The position numbers and the translations under genes were made by a program. 64,000 bases of DNA from Octopus vulgaris (taxonomy: Eukaryota). A model generated the notes under the pieces. The model was not told where the DNA came from. It did not search any database and was given only the letters and a program-made list of their open reading frames with translations. Shown here one piece after another: positions 12,708-26,901 of the stretch (positions within the stretch are counted from its first letter, which is position 1; each line of letters begins with the position of its first letter). The stretch spans positions 27,652,001-27,716,000 of the forward strand of contig OX597816.1 in assembly GCA_951406725.2 (NCBI GenBank), read 5' to 3'.

Positions 12708-13019
12708 AATATTATTTTACTTCATTAGTTGCAAGGTCCTAGTATTTTTATAGTTTTCTATTTCGTTTCCAATCGGCCTTTCCCCCAACCTAGCTGAAAT
12801 CCCAAGAGGGTAGCGGTGCTCAAGGTTTTCTGTACCCAACAACAACGATCAGTGATCAATGTAGATCAATCAAATGCTTTCGACAGGATCGACCACTAAT
12901 ATTTGGCTGTTGTTATCATAGTAGCCGGTTTCGGTCGCACGGGCTCTGTGAACGATACAAGAGGTGGCCGTCCAACCACCGTCTCCACAGCCGGCAAAAA
13001 TTAACACGTCAAGAAACTC

Positions 13020-13300
13020 GGGAACGTGGACTAACAAGACACATAATACGTACGGCATTGCATAAAGAGTTGAATTTTTATTCGTGGAAACCCCATTACG
13101 TGTAGGAGCTAAAACCTGAAGACTGTGACTACAGAATAGAATATGGAGAGTTAATGCTAGTTTAGTATGAAGATTAGCCTGAATTGTTTGAAAACATTCT
13201 CTGGAGTGACGTGGTTGTATTCCATGTTGGTGGTTTCATCAATTGTCACAACTGCCATTATTGGGCGTCGGGTGACAAGTATCCGAATATGACGATTGAG
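13020..13300 (+). mobile_element. Decayed Tc1/mariner-superfamily transposase fragment
   Basis: ENILWSDVVVFHVGGFINCHNCHYW resembles the first-D motif (ILWSDEAxFHLxGxVNxHNCxxW). Confidence 0.65.
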
Positions 13301-13585
13301 AGGAGGTTTTCGGGCCATGTTTGCACTTTAGGCGATTTCTGCTGGCCTTTTGGGAACCGCGGGGAGTTGATAGCTAACGGGGGACGGAGATAATCCTCTA
13401 TTGTTTACACTCACAGCTAAACGAAAGTCGAAAGCTAATGACAAAGGGAGATAATCCAGACTTTTCTCTTCCATATTTTAAAGAGGTCATAGGCCAACAG
13501 GTCTTGGGGTCTGACGATACGCCATAAAGTTACACCCTTCATGGACGGGAAACCTGGGTTAACCCCATAAACCGGCCATTACCAG

Positions 13586-13632
<47 letters not shown>

Positions 13633-16371
13633 CATATTCATATACATATAGATATGCATAAACTTATATATAATATGCACCCACTAGGCGGTTTCTTAAA
13701 GCCGAACCATCTGGCAGGAGACCTAAAATGTAGACCTAAAACAAGATGGTTGGATGACCTCTACAGTCTCCGTCGGTCACGCTGGAGAATCCAACCATCA
13801 AATCTAAAAACTGTTATTCTGAAAAGTTCCTCAGTAGAAGTTGCCTGCTGAATCTACCTCTACGACCCTTTCAGGAATAGTGGCTGAGAAGATGGCTGAA
13901 TTGAAGGAGTAAACATTTTGTTGTATCCGTGGAGAGTCATTACGCCAATAATAAAGAAACGCGCTGGTTGTGTTTCACTTCTTTTACTGTTATTTAATTA
14001 GTCAACCGTTTATCCAATTAATTAATCGATTGTATTAGTAATTGTTCGGTCAGTTAACTTTATTAGAGTTCTTTTGTCGCCATTTGGAACCTCATCAAAC
14101 ATATGCACCCTCTACTTCAGCTCTGCTTCGACTAAATCCTTTAAGGTGGTATTGACGCACCGTTTTGACGAGGAATATTTCAAATGTATAATCAATAGTA
14201 ATGTTTAGTTAATTTACACACAAAGACTCAGCATAGCTCAAAGTATGGCCCTCTTAATCCCACTTTGTATTGTAATGTGAGTAACCGAGTATTCTACATT
14301 AAAATAATCTTCAAATAAAAAAAGCGTGATACAGTGTACTAACGTTGGTTCTTTTAATTGCTAGTCCTGTCTGTCCGACGAAGTGCCATTGATTCATGGT
14401 CCCGAGGCTTTTGTAAAATATATTTTTCCAAATATATCGTACTCAGGGTTTCATGCGAGCCAAACGAATTTTCTAATCACTCGATATGCTTGGTTCCGTC
14501 GAATAGTTTAGTACTTCCTAGAGTCACTCTCCGAAGAAAGCCGGGATGATAGTGATTGAAGCCTCTCTGATCTTTGGCAATGATCTGAGGTGAAACATCA
14601 AAAAACATGGTGTAGAAGACGAACAGATTTCTTCTAGTGAAGATGGGAGATAGGATTACGTGGTATTCATACATTTCCATAAAAATCAGCTGAATACGTA
14701 AAATGAATTGCTTTTAACCGTTAACTGAGATTCTATCTGTTGTTCTTTAGCCCTAGGTCAGCCGTGGTCGAGCAAGTGTATGATGATAAATGTTTCAACC
14801 ACGTGTACGCTATAGTACTAGGTTATCGAAAGTAGCCATCCTTTATCTAAGACAGTAGAGTGTGATTCAAGGGAAATTTGGCTAATAATTTATATTTTCT
14901 TACACGACCATTATTTAAAGATAACTAAGAACATTTCAATATCAGCTTAGTTTCCAGCCGATTCAATAATCCCCCTCACCCATCCACAGAGGCAGTTACT
15001 GAGAGGGGGACGAAGAAAGAGAGTGAGAGAGAGAGAGATGAAACATAGTTTTAGAAAAAAATAATTTAGATGTTTGTAGAAAAAATGTTCTTCAGACTTA
15101 CTATTTTGTATTCTTCACACCATTGTCATTGTTGTCCGCTCAGCTTCTTTGACATCTCTCAGTGAGATTGTTAATAGAACCATTTAGTATGCATCGATCA
15201 AAGGAAAAGGATATAATATTGTTAAATGAGTTCTTGCGGGTCCATAAATATTTAAAGTTGTAGCGCAATCAATCAATCGATTCGCGCCAGCCCTCTGGCA
15301 AGCAAAGCTATGACACATTATCGATGGCCATCGTATTCCAAAAAAAAAAAGAAATTATAAAGTAAGTAGTCTCGGCAACATTTCACTGTAAAAAAAGGGG
15401 GCAAAAATATATCAGGAATTGTTGATGAAAAAGTTTGAAATGAAGATAAATATAAACAATAAAGTTCATTTGAGAAAAGAAAGCGAGTATCCTACCATCA
15501 GCATAGGAATAACATATAAAGTATGATTATACACACAAAGAAGGACAAAGCCCTCTGTTAGATTCGAAACACGTAATTATATGCTCTATAAATCGATACT
15601 AAAGTAGTTTGCCGTACTATGTAAAAGGTTAGGTATATAAACCAAAATTACTAAGTCAAAGCATAATACCTGAAGATTAAATATAATTTCGACATCACTT
15701 AAACAGTAGTAGCTAGGCTTCTCTAGTATTGAAGTGTTAGACTTAAAATCGATGAAAGAAATTATATCCAATGATGTCACTTAGAGCCCACAATAAAGTG
15801 TGTATTCACACAAGTCTAAGTGGAGAATTTTTTGTCAAGACTATTCCTGCAGCGAAAGGTCTTATCATTGACGAACACACAAGAACATGCTAAACATGAC
15901 ATTACGCGAAATTTTTATGCAGGCATACATAAATACAGATAGTACACACACACATTTACACACACACTATCATACACACACACACGCTCACACAGAAGAT
16001 TCAAATATTGACCTGAAAGACGACACAGGAACAAACAGAAAAATGCTCTTTCCCCGCCAGCTATCGTCCAGAAAACGTTACAATTGCACGCCTTTAACGA
16101 TAATATTGAAAATTTTGGTGGCGTCGACAGCAATAAGATGTGGGAATAATGAGCAAAGTGGGGTACGGTGAAGAAAACAAAACACAACACAGGTAAGTGG
16201 GTACGAATATAAATATATAAAAAAAAATAATAAAGGCTGTACGGTTCTGAGACAAAAATAGAAGACAAATAAATAAGTAACGCAATGGAAAATTGTGTCC
16301 TATAGGGCTGGAAAAGGAAAGTGGAGAGATGAAAAGATAAGGAGAACGATTGAACCCAGTGATGAAGGTAA

Positions 16372-16407
<36 letters not shown>

Positions 16408-17090
16408 AAGAAAATAGTGAATTGAACATGTGAATGGTCAAGCGAAAAAAAAAGGGGGAGTTGAAAAGAAAAATGTGATGGTCACATATCAAGGACAAGA
16501 GAAAATTTGCGAGAAGCAATCCTGGTTAGGTGTTATAAAATTGATTCTCACGGCCGTTTCAGACCATATTTGTCATATGTGAAGTGACTATATATCATCG
16601 AAAACACCAGTAAGATCCGTGTCGGTGATTTCTGAATAGAGATCTCTTGATAATTAAACGATTACGAAAATACCTATGATCCTCCTATAACAAATACTGA
16701 GATTCAATTGTTCATACTAATTCACCATTTGTATAGCATTAATTCAGTGAGAGAGAGGTGGGAGGGAGACAAGAAGGCAGAGTGAGAGTAGGAGATGAAG
16801 TGAGCTATTTTGGGGTTAATGGGTTAAGCGGCAAATAATATGACAAATAAATGCGGTTCAAGAGCTTCTTTTATTTGTTTCTGATCTGCTTTAGTGCTCG
16901 TAAATGTCTGACATAATTTGTATTCAAAATCTTAACACTTGTTTGTTGCCATATATGCGTGTGCGCGTGAGTGTGTGTATATATGTGTGTGTGTGCGTGT
17001 ATGTGTGTGCGTGTGTGTGTGTGCGTGTTTGTATCTAAATATAATTTCTTTTGAAGAGATTTCATCTAATCAGAAAATTTTCAGTAAGAA

Positions 17091-17122
<32 letters not shown>

Positions 17123-17346
17123 ACACATAAACACACGCGTGCGCGTGCACGCACACACACAAACTTACACACACATACACACACAGATAGATTTTCAGTA
17201 ACCATTAAAGGAAAGGGGAAAACTAAAATAGAAAACGAAACGAAACATCAAATTGAGTGAAAGCTCTGTTTCACAAACCTTCATAACATTTGAAAACAAA
17301 GAGCATATTCAACCTAAAAATGGTCCCCCACCCTCCGCCTATGCAC

Positions 17347-17377
<31 letters not shown>

Positions 17378-17700
17378 ATATGGCTGTATAAATAGAAAAG
17401 AATGCGTTTCGATCAACAGAGGTCAAAATATGTGGGTTTACTCAAGGCGATGCAATTATTTGTTTAAGATTTGATAACAGTTAAAATTATTTCTTGAACT
17501 TAATTCCAACGGGGCATTCCTCCTCGATGAAACTTTCACTTTAAAAACACATTATTTCGGTTTGTATCCCACAGAGAGTTACTTTGGCAAGTGCTTCCTA
17601 CGCCATAATGCCTAAGGTTTACTCGTGTTCGTGTCTTGTGAAAGAAATATGGTTGAAAAGCTGAGCAAAAGCTCGGTTTATATATATATATATATATATA

Positions 17701-18093
17701 CTCTTTTACTTGTTTCAGTCATTTGACTGCGGCCATGCTGGAGCACCGCCCTTAGTCGAGCAAATCAACCCCCGGGACTTATTCTTTGTAAGTCCAGTAC
17801 TTATTCTATCGGTCTCTTTTGCCGAACCGCTAAGTGACGGCGACGCAAACACCAGCATCGGTTGTCAAGCGAAGAAGGGGGGGACAAACACATACACACA
17901 TACATATATATATATATACATATATATATATACATATATACGACAGGCTTCTTTCAGTTTCCGTCTACCAAATCCACTCACAAGGCATTAGTCGGCCCGA
18001 GGCTATGGCAGAAGACACTTGCCCAAGATGCCACGCAGTGGGACTGAACCCGGAACCATGTGGTTGGTAAGCAAGCTACTTACCACACAGCCA
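17701..18093 (-). mobile_element. SINE family B (tRNA head, CORE-like CTTGGGCAAGT segment, internal (TA)/(TG) microsatellite)
   Basis: Reverse complement of GTGGCTGTGTGGTAAGTAGCTTGC...GGGTTCAGTCCCACTGCGTGGCATCTTGGGCAAGTG...GACTGAAACAAGTAAAAGAG. Confidence 0.9.
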
Positions 18094-18368
18094 CATATAA
18101 ATTAATTATAAGGTTTGGAGATGATGTACAGGTATTTTATATTAGAAGAAATGATGTACTCAGAAATTCGGATGGTTTTATATTTACAGATATTTATTTG
18201 TATATTACATGTTTTTATACATCATATAACTTAGAACATGTATTAGCGCTTTCTCCCATTCTAGTGGGGTTTCCAAATCGAACTAAGTTCTTGTGAAATA
18301 GTTTTGTGTGTGTAATGGTTCGGAGGGCCATAAGACAGTACAAGAAGGTGAAGTACAAGAGGGTATAT

Positions 18369-18649
18369 CACGTGATCACGTGATATCACGTGACCGACCA
18401 GTCCATTGTTTTAGCCTTCGAATGACGCGACCCCGCTGGCTAAGCGAGCAGGCAAATAGAGGAAAGAGTGTGAGAAAGAGTGGTGAGAGAGTACAGCAGG
18501 GATCACCATCCCCTGTCGGAGCCTCGTGGAGCTTTTAGGTGTTTTCGCTCAATAAACACTCACAACGCCCGGTGTGGGAATCGAAACCGCGATCGCGCAC
18601 ACACACACGCGAGTCCGTTGCCTTAACTACTGGGCCATTGCGCCTCCAC
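18369..18649 (-). mobile_element. tRNA-derived SINE family C, short-tail subtype (resembles octopus OR-type SINEs)
   Basis: Head GAGGCGCAATGGCCCAGTAGTTAAGGC and B-box GTTTCGATTCCC. TSD ACAAGAGGGTATAT at 18355-18368 and 18650-18663. Tail of ATCACGTG repeats. Confidence 0.85.
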
Positions 18650-18656
18650 ACAAGAG

Positions 18657-18692
<36 letters not shown>

Positions 18693-18740
18693 GTATGTGT
18701 GTGTGTATGCGTGTGTGTATATATGTATCTGTATATATAA

Positions 18741-18779
<39 letters not shown>

Positions 18780-19348
18780 CGCGTGTGTGTGTAAAAAGGT
18801 TGAATATTTTGCTGGTAGCTTACTAGCGTAAAATTGCGAATAGGAACATAATACTTGTATATGATGTGTTGTGAATTTATGGAAAGACTCCCATAAAACT
18901 CAACAATTTTGATAAAAATGGAGAAGAGAAGATGTTAAAATATAGAAGAGAATTTTAATTCATGCAGATGATCGTTTCGTACAGCCACATAAAAATCATG
19001 CACATTCATGGTTGAATAGAATGAATTAATTAAATTAATTAGATTAAATTAATTATATATCATCTTTTTTTCTCTATTTTTATCAAAATTGTTGAGTTTT
19101 ATGGGATTTCTTTCTATAAATTTACAACACACCGTATACAACACACCATATATATATATACACTCACATATGCACATATGTATGTATATGTGTACATACG
19201 TATGCTATATCACTGGCCACTCTGAGTTATTCATCTTAGCTCGTTTTTATTTAAGTCATGCAGATTACCCGGCTGTAAATGAGTTTTATTCTTATTTTAT
19301 ATGCTTATCTCCCTTGAATATTGATGACAGGTTATGAATGCCATTGTG

Positions 19349-19397
19349 CTGATGATGCCCATTGAAGCAGAAACACGCGTCGATGCGTGTCCTGTCA
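19349..19397 (+). ncRNA. HHR-like motif with intact core and weak stem I
   Basis: CTGATGA-TGC CCATTGAA GCA-GAAA-CACGCG TCGA TGCGTG-TC. The adjacent stem I has only 1 bp, but CTGTCA can pair with upstream TGACAG (~19325-19330). Confidence 0.55.
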
Positions 19398-19601
19398 CCT
19401 CTAGGCCATAAACCTCTCCTTATTCTTAATGGCATATCAGCTTGGGCGAAGTCTTGGTTCTTGAGATCATTTTCTCTTCACAACCTCTCGATTAGAGGCG
19501 GAGATTATTCTAATAATTCAAACATTTATATTTTATGGTATTTGGCATACCTACATTTCTTTCTTCCTCCCCACTTTCTCTATCTACATACATATAAACA
19601 T

Positions 19602-19610
19602 ACCTATCTA

Positions 19611-19705
<95 letters not shown>

Positions 19706-19714
19706 TTATCTATC
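19602..19714. repeat. (TATC)n microsatellite
   Basis: Directly visible. Confidence 0.95.
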
Positions 19715-19812
19715 AATAACACACGCACGCACAAACACACACACGTATATTTTACAGTATATTAAGGCATTCTTCACAAACTACAAAAATAGCACCTAAA
19801 ATTGCATATATC

Positions 19813-20215
19813 ACAGGAGTGGCTGTGTGGTAAGTAGCTTGCTAACCAACCACACGGTTCCGGGTTCAGTTCCACTGCGTGGCATCTTGGGCAAGTGTCT
19901 TTTGCTATAGCCCCGGGCCGACCAATGCCTTGTGAGTGGATTTGGTAGACGGAAACTGAAAGAAGCCTGTCGAATATATGTATATATATATGTATGTGTG
20001 TGTGTCTGTGTTTGTCCCCCTAGCATTGCTTGACAACCGATGCTGGTGTGTTTATGTCCCCGTCACTTAGCGGTTCGGCAAAAGAGACCGATAGAATACG
20101 TACTAGGCTTACAAAGAATAAGTCCCGGGGTCGATCTGCTCGACTAAAGGCGGTGATCCAGCATGGCCGCAGTCAAATGACTGAAACAAGTAAAAGAGAG
20201 TAAAAGAAAAGAGAG
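19813..20215 (+). mobile_element. SINE family B, full length
   Basis: CAGGAGTGGCTGTGTGGTAAG head through GACTGAAACAAGTAAAAGAGAG tail. Confidence 0.9.
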
Positions 20216-21120
20216 TATATGCATATATATGTTATTATTCACTCTTGTACTGGAGGATTTTATAATATCTTATTCAATATACACAGCATTGAATTGAATT
20301 CACGAATATGAAGGTAATCTAGAAAATAATTAACATTTCGTGTTCTGATTACCTCACAGTTAACTACGAGACATGACAGTCAAATCTTCTTCAAGTAATA
20401 CCCAGTTCTCTTGTGTATGTATATAGATAGATTAGTCAAGAGGTGAGTTTTTACTTTGTAGTCAGCCATGCTGGAAATAGCAGTCACATCACTTTCAAAC
20501 AATATTTTTCTTTGTTATATTTGCATGTCAACAAGAAGTCGTCTGGATTGTAGCTAGATCTGATATGAAGAAACTGTGCTGTCGTATACATGAAGCAAGG
20601 AGGGAGAGCTTACGTTGTAGCTAGGGCTGATAATATTAGCAACCAAATCTCTCTCAAAGTACATCATTCTCTCTTATGGATATATGAAGTCTTGGTGTGG
20701 CAGTTAGACCAGCTAGAAATAGTGGCAGAACCAAAATCCTCTTAAATCCCTTTCTATTGATCAGTCTTTACAGTCGAATCTCACCGTTTATGTTCTCGTT
20801 CCTAGTGTGAGTGTGTGTGAGCATGCGTGCGCGCATGTGTGTTGGTTTATCTGCATGTGTGTGTCTGCATGTGTATGTATGTTAATACAATGTTTGTGTA
20901 TATTCACTCATATACATATTTTCATCAAGTAATTGTAGTAATTCTTGTAAGGGATATCTCAGTGACAATATTCAGTTTTTATTGTCTCCTTAAAAACATG
21001 GCCTGATGATAGTACTCTCATCCCTTTAGAGAAACTAGTAGATGTCTCAATGCTTGATCTTTCCCCCATGTCTGTCAGACTCTGTCTCTCTCTTTCTCTC
21101 TCTGTATACATACATACATA

Positions 21121-21154
<34 letters not shown>

Positions 21155-21157
<3 letters not shown>

Positions 21158-21628
21158 CCTTAAAGCCTTGAAACTCTACTCTCTTCAGCGTCGCCGTGAG
21201 CGGTACATCATTTGTACGATGTGGAGAATATACCGCCAACTTTGCCCAAACGACCTGAACATTAGCTTCAAGGTTCATCCAAGACTGGGACCACGGGCCA
21301 TACGTCCCCTGCCCAATTCAAGATCACAGCATACATGTACACTGCAACATAATTTCTGTTCCTCAATAGGTCCTGCCCTATTTAACATTGTCCCGAAAGA
21401 GATCAAAGAGGAAAAGGATCCCATCAACTTTAAACGGAATCTGGATAGATTCCTTCAAGGAATACCAGATAAGCCACCCATAATTGGATACAACTCACCC
21501 AACAAGAAGTCACTACTTGAATGGACCATAAACAAAACTTGACTTAAACAGAATTTAGATAATCCTATCAGGTGGTGCTATTAAGTTAGACATGACCTGG
21601 ACCAATCTTTGGCCGAAACATATCTAAG

Positions 21629-21630
<2 letters not shown>
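21155..21630 (+). mobile_element. LINE 3' end (CR1/L2-group RT C-terminus) inserted in (TA)n
   Basis: RLKALKLYSLQRRRERYII...GPALFNIVPKEIK...FKRNLDRFLQGIPDKP. Flanked by (TA)n on both sides. Confidence 0.8.
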
Positions 21631-21670
<40 letters not shown>

Positions 21671-21934
21671 TCTATAAACACTGCTGATGGTTATAATACT
21701 AATACTAGTAATTATAATAATAGTGAAAATGCTACTTGGATTTAAAATATCAGTATAAAAATGTCTGGCGGTAATGGGTAATAACGATAAAAACAATAAA
21801 AGTAAGCAAATATTTGTATATCTATTCTTAATACGTCTAGACGCAAAATATGCTAGTCGCTGTATTGTACGTCAAAGGAGAAAAACTCTCTTTTATGAAG
21901 ATAATGTGTTCAGAATTCATTGAAGCAAAGGCTG

Positions 21935-21971
21935 TGGGTCACCGGTGTTTCGACATGTGTCTCATCAACCA
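21935..21971 (-). ncRNA. Degenerate minimal type-I HHR motif
   Basis: Minus strand TGG-TTGATGA-GAC ACAT GTC-GAAA-CACCGGTG-AC-CCA. Palindromic stem III. C3U and U16.1A changes. Confidence 0.5.
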
Positions 21972-22607
21972 TAAGTACCCTGGACCTTTGGGTCTACCCA
22001 AGCAGCTGACCTTGTTTATACATTCAGCGAACAAATTATTTGCTGATCGGTGCTTATATCTGCCAATAGGGATAAAATAATTATCTTGTACCGATTTATT
22101 TGCAACGATCTTATAATAAGAATAAGAACTGCAAAACAATTTAAAAATGAAATGACTATGATGAGGAAAGGCAACAAAGTAAAGGTAAACTGAAGTTTGT
22201 TGTTGTAGTGATGTTGAAAGTAATATCAAATAAATACTAATATGGTTCACTCAAAGCTGTACAGAAGACATTCAGGTAGAGAACATGGCCTACAAGGTTC
22301 GGAGAGAATCACCAAACGCCGACATATTGTGGCCATTGCATAAAATCTTAAAATTCTGTAAGACCATCATTCAAGCCTCTAACGCTGTCTAGTTTTATCG
22401 TTTTCCTCTCTTCCTGAAATATAATCAAATATGTATAATCTTCTTGCCTGCAACATCTATGCTATGATAGTTCTGTAAGCAATGCTACTTCAGAGAAAGC
22501 TTTCACATTCGCCTCTAGCCTTGCGTCTACTTCCATAATACACACAACAAACTAATCTTCAAAAATATTTTTCTCACACCACCATGGTTCATTACTATGC
22601 ACATATA

Positions 22608-25182
22608 CAGACATACCTCACCCTACGTCGTTAATTGGTTCCAAGAAACACGACTTAAGTCGGATTAACTTATCTCTAGGCTATACCGATAATAACCATT
22701 CCCAGTTCTGTTCTTTATTTATGGATTCATTTTCAATATTGCATGGTTAATAAAACCTATTTTAAGTTTACAAACGAATAATTTTTATTTTTCAATACAG
22801 TACAGCAAAAAAAGTAATCTAAATTTACGAAGACAGTTCAGCGGTGATTACCGTACATCGCGGACACTTTATTTATGAATGCGGTTTGCAATAAGACATG
22901 GTAAAATAAAAGCCTTTTTTTAAGCTTAAAAAACAAATTCAGTAATTATTATTATTTTACAATAGTAAAAAACACAAAATTATTTTAAATTTACCAATAT
23001 GTACATACAATTTGGTGGTTTACATTGCGGATGCAGATGGCTGTGGATCGTCAACATCAACAGCTGACTCTGGCTGTTCTTGTTGTCCGATGCGCTTGAA
23101 AAACCGGCTGAGAGTTCTTTGAACTATCTTCTTTTCCTCAAGGATTACATTATAAGGAGCAAAGACTTCGTGACAAGCCCTCATAATCTTGGAAAAAGGT
23201 TGAGCATTTGGATCCATATCCTCGAGCATAGAAAGACCTTTTTTGACATATGCAAATGCTTGCTGCATTTTCTTAATGGTAAAGTAACGTGGCTCAGGTT
23301 CGATTTCCTCTTCTTCTTTATTTTACTGCTCGTGAAGCTCTATCAAATCCTCGTGCGTCAGGGGCTGTTTGTCTTTTTCAAATAAATCTGTGAGTCCTCC
23401 TCCTCCAAATCCATTTCCAGTTCTTTGTTCGTAGTCACCAACCTTTTATCGATGACAACATTATCAAACCTCTTAAAATCATTCACGAATTGCGAGCAAA
23501 GCTTCTTCCATACCCCATTCATAGCTGTGATCTGTGCATCATTCCATGCCGCTGCTATGTTCTGTACAGCCTTGTAGATATCGTATCTCTTCCAAAAGTC
23601 ACAAAGTGTGATGGACTCATCAAGATAAGTTGCAGCTATTGCTTGCCGCAGTGTACATTTCATATAGTGACGCTTGAAGATAGCAATTATTCCCTGATCC
23701 ATTGGCTGCAGGAAAGATGCGGTGTTCGGAGTGAGATATACGACGGTAACATTGGGGTCAAAATCTACAATGTTTTGCGAGTGGCCAGGAGCATTATCTA
23801 AGATAAGTAAAACCTTAAAAGAATTCCATTATCCTTACTGTACTTCTCTACTGCTAGGATAAAATGATTGAAGAATCAGTCTTCAAAAACAACAGCAGTA
23901 ACCCATGCTTTTGAATTAGTCATCCATATAAAAAGGCGATATGCCTTGGGTATGTTCTTCAGGGAACGGGGTTGTGTGCATGATACACAAGCAATGGCTT
24001 TAACTTAAAATCTCCCGCACAGTTACTTCACAACATAAATGATCACACGTTCTTTTGAGACATTGTAGCCTGGAATAGTTTTCTCCTTGGAGATGAACGA
24101 ACAATCTGGCAATTTTTTCCAATACAATCCAGTTTCGTCTACATTAAAAATCTGTTCGGGAAGAAACCCGTTTACTTCGACGATTTTCTTTAATGAGTTA
24201 GGAAATTCCGCTGCTGCTTGTTCGTCAGCTGATGCTCGTTCACCTTGCTTCTTTGCTCCTTAATTCTCGTGAACCATCCTTGACTTGCCCTGAACTCTAC
24301 ATCTTTCTCATCTGGATATTTTTTCTTCAGATCCTCAAACAAAGGCAACGCTTTTTCTTGAATGATTTCTTGACCAATAGTAGCAAACTGACGATTCAAC
24401 CTAACAATACAAAGAGAAAGAAGACTTTCCATTTCTTCAAAGATTTTGCCTCTTTTCTTATTGATGTCAGTGTTCTTCATCCCTGGGGTTTCAAATTTGA
24501 TATGTCCTAAAATATTGCCTTATTATGTACAATCGTCGATACAGTTGTCCGACTCATCCCAAAAAATCGTGCAATTGCTACCACATTTTCACCTTCTTCG
24601 TGGCTTTTTTGTCATAGCCAGTTTATCTTCCAGGGTTATAGCATGATGCTTAGGATTTTCACTATGAATTTTCAAACAGATCTGTGAAATCCCCCTCCTC
24701 CAAATCCATTTCCAGGTCATGGGGCAAAAAATAAAATCACAAATGAATGAGAATGAGAAAGTAGCCGATAAGCAGACATAAACTAATCAGAATTCAAATC
24801 AATCGCGGGAATTACGCGTGACAACGACACCTAACGGTAGATATTGGGACTGCAGTGCAATATGAGCTCCGAAAGACCGATAAATAAGACAACATAGCTG
24901 ATTTCATGATTTCGTTGACTAAGCTACACTACTTTATGGTATGTGTCTTAACACTTACTGTACTATTTTAATATGATTTTATATGCTTTTATTCTTATCT
25001 ATTGTACAGTAACATGATTTTATGTTCTTTTAACAGTTTTCTAGTGATTTTATTTTAGGAATCCAATATTTGTGGCGGACAGACGCACAGTCGAGTAAAA
25101 TGACTGAATTTAAAAAGTTTTTTCCGCATATTATTTTTGAAAATCGACTTAAATCGAAACGACTTGAGTCGAGGTATGCCTG
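22608..25182 (-). mobile_element. Tigger/pogo DNA transposon, full length, transposase frameshifted
   Basis: TIRs CAGACATACCTC...GTCG (22608) and CGAC...GAGGTATGCCTG (25182), with TA on both sides. Minus-strand fragments EMESLLSLCI..IQEKAL..FRASQGWF (CENP-B HTH), IFNVDETGLYW, LLILDNAPGH and QPMDQGIIAIFKRHY. Confidence 0.93.
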
Positions 25183-26035
25183 TATATGTTTAGTGTTAAA
25201 GTATTTGCAGTCGTTTCAAATCATCACCAAACAATGCGTTCAAGATGTAGCCCCTATATTTACCAAACTTTCTAAGCTCTCTTTTTCTACAGATATATTG
25301 GCAGCTTTGGAAATACGCATCAGTGTTTCTCGATCCCAAGAAAGGCAACCCTCAGCAGTTTCCGATCTTGGTATCAGTTTAGGGACCAAACATCTACATT
25401 TTCTGTTCACGGAGAGAAATAAATTGTTGCAATTTGCGGTTGCCACGTATCATGAAGTCACAAATGTTCGGATGAAAAGTGAAATTCTTCCAATCAAGGA
25501 CTGAAAAACTGCACAGCTGAGTGAGTCCGTGAAGTGATTATTATTTCTTGCTTCATTATAAAGATAATTAGATTTGACCACCTACTAATAATGTTTATAA
25601 TAGAAAGAAAATGAAAGGTTGCAAAATTCACGCATTTTCTTATAAAAGTAGTTTCAGTAACGTCATGAGTTCTAAGTAAAGGGCTTCTAATTCTTCGATC
25701 GAAAATTCGATGTCACCTTTCGTAAAGATAATTACTTCCTCTGCCTTCCGGAAATTTTAATTTTCTTTTGGCACTCTATGTGTTTAACACTTGACGTTTG
25801 AAACAAAATTGTTTTGTAACCAAGTCGTCTTATTAACAAAGACACCAGTAAGTAACTTGATATGTATAGCTCAAAGTTAACATAATATACGAGACTAGCA
25901 CGAATGAGGCAGTGGAGTTGAGGCTATCGTAGCTTGGTGTTTGATCAGACTTTGACATCTAGCACTTTGTTTTAATTTTAACTCAGAAGTTTTATTCCTC
26001 TCTTTCTCTCTCCTCACCCACACTCGCGCGCATGA

Positions 26036-26103
<68 letters not shown>

Positions 26104-26663
26104 TTGCTATTATGCAAAAGTGTCGTAAGTCTAAAATGAAAAAAATAGTTTCACTATTCCATGCTATGGAATGGTGAAACTATTCGATAGTTTGACCAAA
26201 AGAACCGGTTATTGGAAACAAAAATAAATATTGAAAAAAAATGAAAAACATATGACAGTTTAACATAATAGCAACCTCCACATCCCCACACCGCCACACC
26301 GCCACACCACATCACACATCACCATACCACCACACCATATCGCATCACCCCACACCACTTCGCACACACTAGCACTGACGACTTCTCAGCACCCACACCA
26401 TCATCCATACACCTGCACATTACAAACGCGCACACTTATACATGCACACATCCACACGTCAAAGTCACTAGCCCATATTCATATGCATGCACTTGCACAC
26501 TTTCTTTTAAACACAATCACGGCACCTTCATTTTGGGATCACCAGTACTTTATTATCTTCCCTTCTTCCTAGCTCTCCTGTCCAACTACCTTTATCTAAC
26601 CAGTTGCCATGATTGACAGCTAAATCCACAAGTTTTTTTCTTCTCTCTCTATTCCCTCGTGTT

Positions 26664-26700
26664 CCCTTCTGATGAAGAGCGTAGGTTCGAAACGTAAAAG
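26664..26700 (+). ncRNA. Minimal HHR motif in a Penelope pLTR-like fragment
   Basis: CTGATGA-A-GAGC GTAG GTTC-GAAA-CG-TA-AAAG. Palindromic ACGT stem III; stem I weak. Confidence 0.6.
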
Positions 26701-26851
26701 ACTTTCTAGCTTTCTCGAGCATCAAACTAATACACCTGCTTGTTGTTTATATACCCATTTTCATCTTTTGTTTTTCTGTAAATTTCAACCATATGTATAT
26801 ATATATACTTTATTTAAAGCAGCAGAAAATTCAACAAAATCTGTTTGCTAG

Positions 26852-26901
26852 CAAAAACTGTCTGATGAACGGCAACGAGAAACTCAGAGTAACAGATTTT
26901 G
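26852..26901 (+). ncRNA. Type-I HHR motif associated with a 38-bp inverted repeat
   Basis: CAAAAACTGT-CTGATGA-ACG GCAA CGA-GAAA-CTCAGAG-TA-ACAGATTTTG. Inverted repeat 26808-26845 / 26891-26928. Confidence 0.7.

Noticed and set aside
25070-25504. 144-aa ORF as a host gene
   Set aside because: It begins inside the Tigger terminal region, and I see no recognisable domain or splice support.
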